A stretch of DNA of 64,000 nucleotides from an uncultured Planctomycetota bacterium (GTDB lineage: Bacteria > Planctomycetota > Planctomycetia > Isosphaerales > Isosphaeraceae), in assembly GCA_963845755.1 (NCBI GenBank), contig CAWJTV010000033.1, positions 320,001 through 384,000 on the forward strand. The letters are read 5' to 3'. The position numbers and the translations under genes were made by a program. The notes under the pieces are model-generated. The model did no database searches, was not told where the DNA came from, and saw only the letters and a program-made list of their open reading frames with translations. This document shows positions 1-12,381 of the stretch, one piece after another. Every line of letters starts with the position of its first letter. Position 1 is the first letter of the stretch.

Positions 1-555
<555 letters not shown>

Positions 556-1237
556 AGGGCTGTCAGATAGCCGTCCCAAGACTCCTGATTCAATCAAGGG
601 AGGCATTCAACGTGCAAAAGGGGAATTTATCGCGGCGTGGTTTCTTGCAGAGACTTCAGGGAGCGCTGGCCGCCACGGGGCTGCCGGTCTGGTATGCCGG
701 GCAGTTCCTGGCCGCCCAGGAGGAAGGCGCGGCCAAGAAGACGTCCGCCGGCGATCGCCTCGTCATGGGGATCGTCGGCATCGGCAGCCCTCAGAGCCGC
801 AGCCTGCAGGTCGTGGGCGAATCACGCCCCTGCGTCGAATCGGGACAGTTGATCTTCACCCTCGGATGCGACGTCGATGCCGCTCATCGCAAGCGCGCCA
901 CGGAGGTGATGCGCGAGCGAGGGTTCCGGGATTTCGAGGCCAAAACGAAGGACTTCCGCGACCTCGTCCACAATCCGTCTCTCGATTGTCTGCTCGTCGC
1001 CACACCCGACCATTGGCATGCCCAGGTGGCGATCGAGGCACTCCGGGCTGGCAAGGACGTCTATTGCGAGAAGCCGCTGACGCTGACCGTCGCCGAGTCG
1101 TTCGCGCTCCAGGAGGTGGTCAAGGACACCGGCCGCATCCTGCAGACTGGCAGCCAGCAGCGCACCGTTTATCGCGGTATGTTCCGCCTGGCGGTCGATC
1201 TGGTCCGCGCCGGCCGGCTCGGCAAGATCAAGACCAT

Positions 1238-2134
1238 AGTCTGTTCCATAATGCGGATTCGTACGTAGAAAGGGTATGAGAACCAAACCCTATCCGAGCG
1301 ACTTGACCGATGCCCAGTGGGACCTTTTCGAGCCGCTGCTCCCTCCCGCCTCGAACTTGGGGCGGCCCCGCAAGACTGAGCCTCGGGACATCGTCGATGC
1401 CATCCTCTATCGAAATCGCAACGGCTGTACCTGGCGGGCCTTACCGCACGACTTTCCGGCTCTGGAGGACCGTCTACAACTACTTCATCGATGGACGGCC
1501 GACGGCACTTGGCAGGCCATCCACGACGCATTGCGAGAGCAGGTCCGCCAGCAAGGCGGGTCGGAAGCCGACTCCCAGCGCCGGCAGCATCGACAGCCAG
1601 ACGGTCAAGGCGACCGAGATCGGCGGCCCGCACGGCTATGACGGGGGCAAGCAGATCAAGGGTCGGAAGCGACATATCGTAGTGGACACCCTGGGTTTGC
1701 TCCTGGCGGTGGCCGTCACCAGCGCCGCGGCCGACGATGGGACGGCGGCCCCGGAGGTGCTCAAGAAGATGAACCGAGAGGAGTTCCCCCGGTCTGAAGA
1801 AGCTCTGGGCGGACAACAAGTACCACAATCACAGCTTGAACCGTTGGGTATCCGAGCACGGCTGGTACGTGATCGAGGTGGTGAGTCGTCCGGCCGGGAG
1901 CGAGGGCTTCAAGGTGATCAAGTGGCGTTGGGTGGTGGAACGGACTTCGCCTGGCTGGGCCGTTGCCGGATCCACAGCCGGGACTACGAGCGGAAGACCG
2001 AGTTCGAGCGAGGCTCAGATCCAGATCAGCATGATCGGTCTGATGCTCCGGCGCTCTCCGGGGAGAAGCATAAGGCCCCCTTCCGCTATCCTCGCCACAG
2101 GAAACGTCGCTGCATGAGAATTATGGAACAGACT
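1238..2134 (+). mobile_element. IS5-family insertion sequence (IS1031/IS427-like), ~0.9 kb
   Basis: Perfect 15-bp terminal inverted repeats AGTCTGTTCCATAAT (1238-1252) and ATTATGGAACAGACT (2120-2134) enclosing a transposase. Confidence 0.92.
1276..2117 (+). CDS. IS5-family DDE transposase (several frameshifts)
   Basis: [56 protein letters not shown] and RWVVERT motifs spread over three frames. Confidence 0.9.
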
Positions 2135-3355
2135 GTGAGTGCCGCATCGGCGGCAACCCGACGAGCGGCCCGATCCCGGAGGCGCCCGTCCCCGAGGGCC
2201 TGGACTGGGACCTCTGGCTCGGCCCGACCGCGAAGGTGCCCTTTCGCAAGAAGGGCAAGCAGTCGAACTGCCACTACGAGTTCCGCTGGTGGTACGACTA
2301 CTCCGGCGGCAAGATGACCGACTGGGGAGCGCACCACCTGGACATCGCGCAATGGGCCCTGGGCAAGGACGGCAGCGGACCGGTGGCCATCGAGGTGCTG
2401 AAGGCGGATGAGCCCTACAAGGGCGGCGATGGCTACAATGGTCATCCCCACTTCCACGTCCAGTACACCTACGACGACGGCACCAAGGTCATCGCCATGG
2501 ACGGTGGCGGCACCGATGCCAAGGACCTGGTCAACAAGGATGGCAAGGCGCCGAGGCGCCCCATCGGCCCCAATGCGAATGGCGTGCTGATCCGGGGAGA
2601 GCACGGCACGATCTTCGTCGGCCGCGGCTCGCTCCTTGCCAGCGAAGCCAAGATCCTTTCTGAGCCGCTCAAAGAAGACCCGAAGGTCTACGATGGCCGG
2701 CCGACCAACCACATGCAGAACTTCGTTGATTGCGTCAAGAGCCGCAAGCCGCCAATTTGCAACGCCACGGTTGGCGGCGGCTCAGTGATCGTCTGCCACA
2801 TCGGTGTGATCGCACTGCGTACCGGCAAGAAACTGAAGTGGGACCCGGTTCGCGCATCAATTCGATGACGCGGAGGCAAACCAGATGCTGTCCCGGCCGC
2901 GCCGCGACCCGTGGCAGCTCAAGGTGTAGGCGAGATGATTTCAGATCTCACGCCAGGACGCCAATACGCAACGGGGTGACGCCGGACGGCATGTGCCCGC
3001 TTGCCGGCCTGTTGTCCCGGCGTGAGATTCCGGAGCGGGATTGCCGGGCGCGCCTAGTGCCTCACCGCTTGCGGCCCGGACCGCAATGCCGATCTCAGGA
3101 CGGTGATTCCAAGAACGCCCGCTTCATCTGGCTTGAACGAAGCGGCTCGTCGCCTCGAGGGTCGAAACAGGGGCAAGCAACGGAACGCAGCTCACGCGGC
3201 CAGCCGTACCTTGGCCGTTCTGCTCATCGGCACTCTGCCCGACCCGAAGCCAGGGAGCACCGAAGCATCGTTTGTCCTCAAGGTGGTGCCGGGCCGCTGA
3301 AGTGACGCCCAAGGCGCTTCCTCGTCCATTATTACAACCTCACCGAAGCAACTTG

Positions 3356-3732
3356 GGACTCGCGAGGTTCGAAGGGGCTCCAGGTCCGCCCTTCGTGCTG
3401 CGGCTGCAGCGTCTGATAATACGCACCTATGTTCGGTTAAGTTGAGTTGTGCGGTCTGTACCGGTCACCGCACGGAGCACAGTAATGATTGCATGCGTCT
3501 GCCAACCGGCTGTGCCGACCGTCTGGACGGCCCACCTGAACACCGGTTGGGTCTGCCGATCCGCTGCGCGGCGGTCCAGAACCTCATCCAGCCGATAAAC
3601 CGTCCGATCGACGGGGTTGACCCGTCCGGGAAGGAGGGGGATCGGCGGCCCTATTGCTGGTGCGAGCGGCGGCCATGAGAGAGACGGTCTCGCGGAGCCG
3701 GACTGGTTCCTGGACGCGGCCACGGTCACGCG
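3356..3732 (+). repeat. 377-bp direct repeat, copy 1
   Basis: Matches 12382-12758 at constant offset 9026; about five substitutions seen. Confidence 0.95.
3409..3437. other. dif-like putative tyrosine-recombinase site (second copy 12435-12463)
   Basis: GCGTCTGATAA-TACGCAC-CTATGTTCGGT resembles the ...ATAA-spacer-TTATGTT... layout of Xer/dif sites. Confidence 0.45.
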
Positions 3733-4466
3733 GCCGAGTTCACACGTTCCGGGGCGTGGCCCGGCGAATCGTCGCGACTTCCAGCGGCGATGTCTACCGG
3801 GCGTACGGCCGGTTACTCGGAACGGAGCCTGGTCCCGTCGAACGGACTCCGCTTGTCGAAGACGCGCCACTGCGTTCGGTCTTGTTCCCATACCGCGACA
3901 AGGCCCATGGGTCGGACGACTTCCTCTACGCTTATGACAAGATCCCGGTCGAGCAGGTGGTGCTGGCCAATCCCGACCTTCCCGGAACGGTCGTGCGGCT
4001 GCCGATGACCTATGGTCCCGGTGACCCGTTCCGCCGCTGCTCACCTTATCTGAAGCGCATGACCGACGGTCGCCCGGCGATCCGGCTCGACGCGGGCCTG
4101 GCTCGCTGGAAGACCCCGCGCGGGTATGTCGAGAATGTGGCGGCGGCCCTCGCGCTGGTCGTTGAGGACGATCGAGCCGCGGGGCGGGTCTACAATGTCT
4201 CCGAACCGGTCTCCTTCCGCGAGGCCGATTGGGTGCGGAGGATCGCCGAGGTGATCGGCTGGACCGGCGAGGTCGCGACGGTCCCCGAAGGACGGATTCC
4301 GGTTCCCTATCACTTCGACCAGGACCTGGATACGGACCCGCACCGCATCCGGGAGGAACTGGGGTTCGCCGAGACCGTGATGCTGCACGACGCGCCTGGA
4401 AAGGACGATCGCCTGGGAGCGAACCAACCCGCCCGAGCAATGGTCGGCGCTCGGAATCCTGGATGA
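3733..4466 (+). pseudogene. NAD-dependent epimerase/dehydratase family, 5'-truncated at the repeat
   Basis: ATSSGDVY, YDKIPVE, TVVRLPMTYGPGD, YVENVA and GRVYNV motifs present; N-terminal GxxGxxG Rossmann part absent. Confidence 0.75.
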
Positions 4467-4938
4467 CGCGTTCGAACCGGAGCCGCTGGGCTGAGGCTCG
4501 CATCCAGGAGAAGCAGGTAGACCATCTCCATTCCTCCCGTCGCGCCCCGAGACGATAAACGAAGCCTGGATGCACGAGACATCATTGACTTTGGGACGGT
4601 TCGGTAGGAAGGGACGAAATCTGGTTTATGGGTGTACCTCTCGCCTGACAGCAAGGAAGCCGGAGGATCGGGGTCCCATCGCTGCGCAAGACGGCAATCG
4701 ATGACCCATCCGCAATAGTGCGCCGATGCGTGAGGTTCGCTGGCCACGCCGACATCCGCAACCCGCGAAGTCGATTTCGTGCCTCAGGATGAGGACGCCA
4801 CGGTCGCGGCACAGCGCAGACAGATCTGCCTCACCGGCTCCCGGGTCCAACTCCGAGCCCTCGGTTCTGTGCACTTTGCTCCAATCACCTGGCTTTTTTC
4901 CGCTGGTAGGCAATGTCCCGGCGTGCTATCTCTTCCGC

Positions 4939-5534
4939 ATGGAGCCCTTCCGCCAAATTCCCCGCTTCCTCTCCCGCTTGGCCAAGACCGTCAAGGGAGT
5001 CCTCGCCGGGAGCAGAAGCCCCCACCCACCCCGCCGCCAGCCTTGGTCGGTCTTCCGCCCTCGGCGCGAGGGTTGACAGGCCGACCAGCGGAGATCGCCG
5101 AGCATGCCAGCGCAGTGGCCCGCGAGTGGGACGATGTCGCGGAGGCTTATGTCCACAAGCGGATGAGCGAGGCGGGGATCCCCGACCACCAGATCGGCGC
5201 TCCGGATTATCAGCGCGGAGGCATCAAGCATGCCTTCCTGCCGGGTGAGATCATCGGGGGTTCCCACGGCACCGGGCGGCGGCTCTTCGTGGATTCCGGC
5301 ACGTTGAACCCGGAACCGAACGCCGAGGATATCGGGCCGGAGGCGTCGAGGCTCTGGGCCAAGTCTCGGCTCCGCGACCGCATCGACGCCGTCATCGCCC
5401 ACGAGCATTTGGAGGCCCAAGGCGTCTCGCATCATGAGGTGGTTCAACGAGCACCGGATACCGAGCTTCCCATCACCGAGAATGCCCGGAGAATCCTTCG
5501 GAGCATGGCCGAGGGGGTGAAACGGCGGTGCTGA
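4939..5534 (+). CDS. Hypothetical protein with HExxE zincin-like motif (frameshift near 5060)
   Basis: ATG 4939 (MEPFRQIPR) likely joins the 4779..5534 frame; AVIAHEHLE...H motif. Confidence 0.5.
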
Positions 5535-5782
5535 AGCTCCTCCCGCCGTTCCCAACCGAGTTGGGTAAACCGGAAAACCGCTTCCGGTCCCCGCAGGAAG
5601 CCGGAAAACGGTTCCATGATTCCCACCCGGGCCAGCTCGCGGTATGCTTCCAAGTTGGCGGGCGTGACCTCGACGCGCTCCTGGTTGGCCCGGCGCCGCA
5701 AGAGATCGCTAGCAGCTCTCGAGAGCCGGATCGGCTTGGCCATGATTTCCTCCATGCCTGGATTGGGTACGTGTCCTTTCAA
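5444..5782 (-). CDS. Hypothetical protein
   Basis: Protein-like ORF; probable start MAKPIRL at 5743 behind GGAGG; convergently overlaps the previous ORF. Confidence 0.5.
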   Translation of the reverse strand: MKGHVPNPGMEEIMAKPIRLSRAASDLLRRRANQERVEVTPANLEAYRELARVGIMEPFSGFLRGPEAVFRFTQLGWERREELQHRRFTPSAMLRRILRAFSVMGSSVSGAR

Positions 5783-5813
5783 TCAGATTATACCCGGGGG
5801 TGGTACGGGCTGA

Positions 5814-6116
5814 ATGGCAAGTTCGACCCGCCGCCACCTCGACCGCAAGACGCCCTGGCGGCTGGTCAAGAAGTATTGCCGAGCCGCTGGCATCGATCCC
5901 GACCGGCTGGGCGGTCGGGGGATCGGCATCTACTCGCTCCGCAAGACCGCCATCAACGACGCCATCCGCAATGGGGCCTCGATGCACGAGGTTCGCGAAT
6001 TCGCTGGCCATGCCGATCTCCGCACCACCGCAGTCTACTTCGTCCGAAGGGAGGAAGACGCCGAGGTGGCGGTGCGCCGCATCCAGATCCGCCCCACAAG
6101 GTCCGGGGTCCCGTGA
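5814..6116 (+). pseudogene. Tyrosine recombinase/integrase C-terminal fragment
   Basis: YSLRKT (HxxR box with H->Y) and AGHADLRTTAVY (box II, catalytic Tyr); only ~100 aa, N-terminus missing. Confidence 0.85.
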
Positions 6117-6148
6117 GTCTGTCATCCGCCTTCGTTCGGTCAGGTGAC

Positions 6149-6499
6149 TTACCTCACACTCTTGCTTTTCAAATGTCTCGCGGCGTGAATCTGATCATCG
6201 CAACCAGCGAGTTCCGGGATGGCGAGCTTAACGCCGTACTCTTCTAAGAGTCGCTGGCACTCGGGGCAGATCCTGTGTTCCAAGGATGAGTGATCGGCCG
6301 AGAACCAGCCCCAGAGGGTCACGACGCTGACGATTGCTGAACCCAGCAAGAGCCAAATCAGACCCGCTCCCCAAAACTTTTTGGCAATCCTGGCGGAGTA
6401 CTCACCCCATGGCTCGTGGTAACGCGCGTTTTGTGGCACACTGAGTTCGTCTATCGGTCCACCTCTCTTGGTGAAAAGCATGGAGCGCGGCTCGAACAT
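6149..6499 (-). CDS. Hypothetical membrane protein
   Basis: Single hydrophobic segment FWGAGLIWLLLGSAIVSVVTLWGWF and a CxxC; lower GC. Confidence 0.4.
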   Translation of the reverse strand: MFEPRSMLFTKRGGPIDELSVPQNARYHEPWGEYSARIAKKFWGAGLIWLLLGSAIVSVVTLWGWFSADHSSLEHRICPECQRLLEEYGVKLAIPELAGCDDQIHAARHLKSKSVR

Positions 6500-6639
6500 G
6501 CGCCCGGCCGCAACCGGTCGATGATCTCGTCCACGAATTGAAGGATCTCGATAACCACCCTCGAACCGGCCATCGTAGGGGCCGGTCGCTGTCGGTTATC
6601 GCGTGCACACGATGAACTCATGGCAAGGAAGCCGCGAAC

Positions 6640-7200
6640 TTAGCGGCCTTTTTCTGCGCTTTCGTGTTGCTCCAACATCCTGAGGTTGTCGAGGGCCTTA
6701 TGAGGGTCTTCTGCCAGCAACCGGACGGGGATGATTTGAACCTTGGCCGTCGAGAAGTCGGTGTTTTTATAGAGCGGGTCGTAGCGCGGCGGACTTCCGG
6801 CCGCCGTGGCCATCACGTCGCCGAATTCGGAAAAGAAAGGGGGTGGAAGCTCGGAAGGCCAACGAATCGTCGGCGTCACCGCGCTCGTGCCGTCGGTCTG
6901 AGTTAACCGGACGGTGATGATATACCAGGCGTCCTCGATCCCTCTCTGCTTCGCCAGGAGGCGGTACGCTTCATGCGACCGTGCCGTTGCGGCATCGGCC
7001 GGGACCTGGGCCAGTTTGTACAGGACCGGATGGAGCCAAATACTGAGAACTTCGGAATGACTCGTGACGCTGGCAGGTATTCTCTTCACCCTGGTCAGTT
7101 CGTCGGTCACCCATGCCACCACGATGATGCCAAGGATGATTCCGAAGACCATCAGGAGCCTATCGCCAGGCGAGGTATCTGAGTTGGTCTGGGCCTCCAT
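6640..7200 (-). CDS. Hypothetical membrane-anchored protein
   Basis: Start MEAQTNSD; N-terminal TM segment LLMVFGIILGIIVVAWV. Confidence 0.55.
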   Translation of the reverse strand: MEAQTNSDTSPGDRLLMVFGIILGIIVVAWVTDELTRVKRIPASVTSHSEVLSIWLHPVLYKLAQVPADAATARSHEAYRLLAKQRGIEDAWYIITVRLTQTDGTSAVTPTIRWPSELPPPFFSEFGDVMATAAGSPPRYDPLYKNTDFSTAKVQIIPVRLLAEDPHKALDNLRMLEQHESAEKGR

Positions 7201-7649
7201 TGATGGTTTGAGCGGCAATCTGAATCTGAAGGAGTAAAACCGGCTCCTTGGGCAAGACCAATGGAATGACGGCAAATGGTGCCGCACGCATCGCGTGCAA
7301 TCGCGCCAGTTGTCCAAGCTCAGGGCGGCCACCCTTCCGTTTACCTTGAGCTCGCCTACGAGATCGAAACAGGACCTGGGAAAAGGCCAGTGATCCCTCA
7401 ACAACATGTTGTTGTTGAAAACTTGCCTAGAATCCTCCCCCCTTTTGGTCCGCCGGGCTTGTCGCATCGGGATGTTGCCAGGCCTCAAACCGGGATGTGC
7501 TGGAACTCGCGACATGTTTCATCCCTTTCAGGAAAAAGTTCCTCTCTCCATGATTCACGGGCGGATATGCCAGGAATCAGCACAAACTTCCGCCCGCCTC
7601 ATCGGCATGCGATAATCCCGGATGATCCCCTAACCTCATCTCGAACGAA

Positions 7650-8244
7650 ATGAGGAGGAAAGTTTGGATACCGAACGAGCGGGGTGACCTGACCGCCATC
7701 CTCGACGAGGCCCGCTCCGGCGGCGCCGACGCCCGGGATCGGCTCGTCCGGGCCATCTACGGCGAGCTGCGGCGCACGGCCGGCGGGCTGATGCGCCACG
7801 AGCGGCCCGGCCACACGCTCCAGCCCAGCGCCCTGGTCCACGAGGCCCTGCTGCGGCTCCTCGATGGCGACGCCTTGGCCGACGTCCCCAACCGCCGCTA
7901 TCTCTTCGCCGCCGCCGCCCAGGCGATGCGCCAGGTCCTGGTCGACCACGCCCGGCGCCGCCGCGCCCGGAAGCGCGACGGGAATCGCGTCCGAGTCCCC
8001 CTGGACCAGGTCCTGGCCGGCTTCGATGAGAAGGGCCTGGACGTGATCGCCCTCCACGAGGCCCTCGAACGATTGGCACAGGATCATCCCCGGCCGGCCC
8101 AGGTCGTCACCCTCCGTTTCTTCGGCGGGCTGTCGGTCCCCGAGGTCGCCGCGACCCTCGCGGTCTCGGACACCACCGATCGAGAGCGACTGGCGGTTCG
8201 CGCGGGCCTGGCTGAAGGGCCAGCTCGGAGGAACACCGGGATGA
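7650..8244 (+). CDS. ECF-type RNA polymerase sigma factor (TIGR02999 type)
   Basis: IYGELRR.A..LMRHERPGHTLQPSALVHEA, AAAQAMRQVLVDHAR and LRFFGGLSVPEVA..L...ESDWRFARAWL; stop overlaps next ATG (ATGA 8241-8244). Confidence 0.92.
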
Positions 8245-11200
8245 ATCCGGATCGCGGCCAGCGGGTCTACACCATCTTCGAGGCCGCCCTGCGGTGCGAC
8301 CCGGCGGGCCGTGCGGCCCTGCTCGACACGCTGTGCGGCGACGACTCCGAGCTGCGCCGAGGTCGAGCGGCTCCTGGCCGACGACGAGCGAGCCAGCCGG
8401 GACGGCTTCCTGACGGACCCGCCCCCGCCGGGCCAGGGCGCTGAGGGCTCACCGGCCCGGGCTGCTCGGCTTGCGCGGCCTGGATATCCACATCCTCTGC
8501 CCGCACTGCCGCAACCCGATCGAGCTGGTCGGCCTGGCCGCCGCCGACGTCGTCTGCCCCGCCTGCGGCTCGACGTTCCGACTGGAGCGGGAGTCGACGG
8601 CGTCCTGGGGCCTCGCGCGGGGACCAGCGCCGGCTGGGCCGGTTCGAGCTGATCGAGGCCGTCGGGGTCGGGGCCTTCGGCACCGTCTACAAGGCCCGCG
8701 ACCCGCAGCTCGACCGCATCGTCGCCATCAAGGTCCCCCGCGCCGGCAACCTGCCACGCAGCGAGGACCGGGATCGCTTCCTGCGCGAGGCCCGCAGCGT
8801 CGCCCAGTTGCAGCCACCCGGCGATCGTGCCGGTGCACGAGGTCGGCGAGCACGAGGGCCTGCCCTACCTGGTCAGCGATTCGTCCAGGGGCCTGACCCT
8901 CGCCGACCTGCTGACGCGGCCGTCGCCCGCCGCCCCGCGAGGCGGCCCAGTCTGGTCGCCGCGGTCGCCGACGCCCTGCAGTACGCCCACGAGCAGGGCG
9001 TCATCCACCGCGACGTCAAGCCCTCGAACATCATGCTCGACGACGAGGGCCGGCCGCACCTGATGGATTTCGGCCTGGCCAAGCGGGACGCGGGCGAGGT
9101 CACCATGACGCTGGACGGCCAGGTGCTGGGCACGCCGGCCTACATGAGCCCGGAGCAGGCCCGCGGCGAGGGCCACAAGGTCGACGGCCGCAGCGACGTC
9201 TACAGCCTGGGCGTGCATCCTCTACGAGCTGCTCACCGGCGAGCTGCCGTTCCGGGGCAACACGCGGATGCTGCTGCACCAGGTGCTGCACGACGAGCCG
9301 CGGCCGCCGCGGAGCCTGAACGACCGGATCCCGCGCGACCTGGAGACGATCTGCCTGAAGGCGATGGCCAAGGAGCCGAGTCGGCGGTACGCGACGTGCA
9401 CGGGATCTGGCCGACGACCTGCGGCGCTTCCTGAAGGGCGAGCCGATCCAGGCGCGGCCGGTGTCACGGATCGAGAAGGCCTGGCGCTGGTGCCGGCGGA
9501 ACCCGATCACTGGCGGTGGCCAGTTCCTTGGCCATCGCGGCATTGGTGGCCGTGGCCGTGGTTTCGCTCGACTTCGCCGTGGAGCAAACAAAGACGAAGA
9601 ACCAGATCGAGAACCTGGCGAACGACCTTCAGTCGTCGCTGAACAAGTCGGACGAGCCTAGCCAGTGAACTCAAGACATCACTGAAGGAATCAGAGCGGC
9701 GGCTGGCGGCCCTCAACTTTGAACGTGGTCAAACTGCCTGCGAGAAGGGTGAGATGGGTCCGGGCCTGCTGCGGCTGGTCGAGAGCTGGCGGTCGGCCAT
9801 AGCGGCCGATGACCCAGGCTGGCGACATACCGCCCGAGCCAGCCTATCTGGCTGGCAGCGCCATTACACCAGACTCAGGGCGGTTTTTCACCAGGTGTCG
9901 ACAGATTTCGTCCTTCAGCCCCGATGGCAAGACCGTGCTCGACCTGGAACGTCGACAGGACGGCGCGGCTGCGGGATGCGACGACGGGCCGGCCCATCGG
10001 ACTCCCCTTGACTCATCAGGATAGGGTCTCGGCGGTGGCGTTCAGCCCCGACGGCAAGACCGTAATCACCGGGAGCCGAGACAAGACGGCGCGGTTGTGG
10101 GACGCGGCGACGGGCCGGCCCATCGGACTCCCCCTGACGCATCAGGGCGAGGTCTGGGCGGTGGCATTCAGCCCCGACGGCAAGACCGTTCTCACCGGGA
10201 GCTACGACAAGACGGCGCGGCTCTGGGACGTGGCAACGGGCCGGCCTATCGGACTCCCCTTGCCTCATCAGGACCGGGGTCGGGCGGTGGCGTTCAGCCC
10301 CGACGGCAAGACCGTACTCACCGGGAGCGAGGACAAGACGGCGCGGCTGTGGGATGCGACGACGGGCCGGCCCATCGGACTCCCCCTGACGCATCAGGGC
10401 GAGGTCCAGGCTGTGGCGTTCAGCCCCGACGGCAAGACCGTACTCACCGGGAGCGATGACAAGACGGCGCGGCTGTGGGACGCGGCGACGGGCCAGCCCA
10501 TCGGACTCCCCTTGCCGCATCGACGAAGCGGTCTGGGCCGTGGCGTTCAGCCCCGACGGCAAGACCGTACTCACCGGGAACGCCGACAAGACGGCGCGGC
10601 TGTGGGACGTGGCCACCGGCCGGCCCATCGGGCTTCCCCTGACTCATCAGAGCGCGGTCGATGCGGTGGCGTTCAGCCCCGACGGCAAGGCCGTACTCAC
10701 CGGGAGCTAGCGACAACACGGCGCGGCTGTGGGACGCGCCGACGGGCCGGCCCATCGGACCACCCCTGACGCATCAGGGCCGAGGTCCAGGCGGTGGCGT
10801 TCAGCCCAGACGGCAAGACCGTGCTCACCGGGAGCTACGACGAGACGGCGCGGCTGTGGGACGCGGCGACGGGCCGGCCCATCGGGCCTCCCCTTGACAC
10901 ATGAGGGCCGGGTCCATGCCGTGGCATTCAGCCCCGACGGCAAGACCGTACTCACCGGGAGCGGGACAACACGGCGCGGCTGTGGGACGCGGCGACGGGC
11001 CGGCCCATCGGACTCCCCCTGACGCATCAGGCACGAGGTCAGGGCCGTGGCGTTCAGCCCCGACGGCAAGACCGTACTCACCGGGAGCGAAGACAAGACG
11101 GCGCGGTTGTGGGACGCGGCGACGGGCCGGCCCATCGGGCCCCCCCTAACGCATCAAGGCCGAGGTCAGGGCCGTGGCGTTCAGCCCCGACGGCAAGACC

Positions 11201-12358
11201 GTGCTGACCGGGGGCGAAGACAAGACGGCGCGGCTATGGGATGTTTCGGAACTGCCCGACAACCTGGAAAACATTTCGACCTGGGTGGAGGTCATCACGG
11301 GCCTCGGGCTCGATGAACTCGGTTTAGTGATCGTGCTCGACAATTCGACATGGCGGGGGCACCGCGAGAAGCTGGAGACACAAGGTGGTCCGCCCATGAC
11401 AGCCTCGCGTTGGTCACTCGATCCCATCCTCTTCGGCCCTGATCCCACCGCCCGGGCCAAGGCCTGGGTGGAGCGAAAGCGCTGGGCGGAGGCTGAGGCC
11501 GCGTTCGATGAGGCCGTCGACAGCCCGACCGTTCGACACCGCGATCCTGTTCGAACGGGCTTGCTTCCTCGCCGCCCACTCCCAGGGTCAGAAGGCCGAT
11601 GACGACTTCGCCAGGGCCTATATCCTCGGGAAGCGCGGGCCAATGCTCGTGGACAGGATCGCTTCCAGCGAGTCCCTCCTCCGTCGCGTCGTTGCGGAGT
11701 CAGCCAATTCTGCAGCGCCACTATGGGTCAATCGAGGAGAGCTTCTGGCGAAGCGACAACTCTGGACCGAGTCCGCTGCAGCCTTCGGTGAGGCCGTGCG
11801 CCTCCTGCCGGAGAATCTCAATTACCGCCACCTTCAGATCCTGGCACTCGTGGCCGCGGGAGACCACACCGGCCTGCGGCGGACGCAGACCAACCTCCTC
11901 GACCGATTCCGCATGACCACCGATCCTGGAACCGCCAACTTCGTCGCCTGGTACAGCGCGATGGCCGCGGGCGAAGAACCCGACCTCAGTGAAGCGGTTC
12001 GCCTGGCGGAACTTGCCGTGAACAAGGCAGCGAGTGGGACTTCAGGAGCGTCTCTCTTGAACACCCTTGGCGCCGTTTTATGCGCGGGCGGTCACCGAAG
12101 CTGTGAGCCATCTTGAGAAGTCGATCAAGGAAGGGAACGGTGAGAGCCAGGTGAAGACTGGGTGTTCCTGGCCATGGTGCACCATCGCCTGGGTCACCAC
12201 GGGGAGGGGCGTCGCTGGCTCGACCGCTTCCGCGACCGCATGTGCACCTTCGACGCCGACACGTTCTGGCGGAAGCTCGAGATCCGCTTGCTCCGGGCTG
12301 AGGCGGAGGCGGTGGTCCTCTGGGACCCGTCTTCCCGGCCGATCCTTTTGCGTACTGA
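8241..12358 (+). CDS. Ser/Thr protein kinase with zinc ribbon, TM segment, 11 WD40 repeats and TPR-like C-terminus (multiple frameshifts)
   Basis: [45 protein letters not shown]; repeated [24 protein letters not shown]; ends FPADPFAY. Confidence 0.9.
9900..11250 (+). repeat. Intragenic tandem repeat, 11 units of ~126 bp (WD40)
   Basis: TTCAGCCCCGACGGCAAG-like anchor recurs at ~9914, 10041, 10167, 10293, 10419, 10546, 10672, 10800, 10927, 11053 and 11180. Confidence 0.95.
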
Positions 12359-12381
12359 GTAAGCACTCCGTGCGATCAGTC

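Larger units (their letters stand above)
612..2929 (+). pseudogene. Tat-exported Gfo/Idh/MocA oxidoreductase interrupted by an IS5-family element
   Basis: SRRGFL Tat motif, VATPDHWH, KDVYCEKPLT and LQTGSQQR before 1237; ECRIGG...[28 protein letters not shown] resume after 2137; TAG at 2927-2929. Confidence 0.9.

Noticed and set aside
3442..3678. 78-aa ORF duplicated at 12468..12704
   Set aside because: Lies entirely within the 377-bp repeat, TTG start without RBS, no recognisable motif.
9900..11250. Possible CRISPR array or DGR variable region
   Set aside because: The units are in-frame 42-codon WD40 repeats with no unique spacers; no cas or reverse transcriptase gene is in the window.
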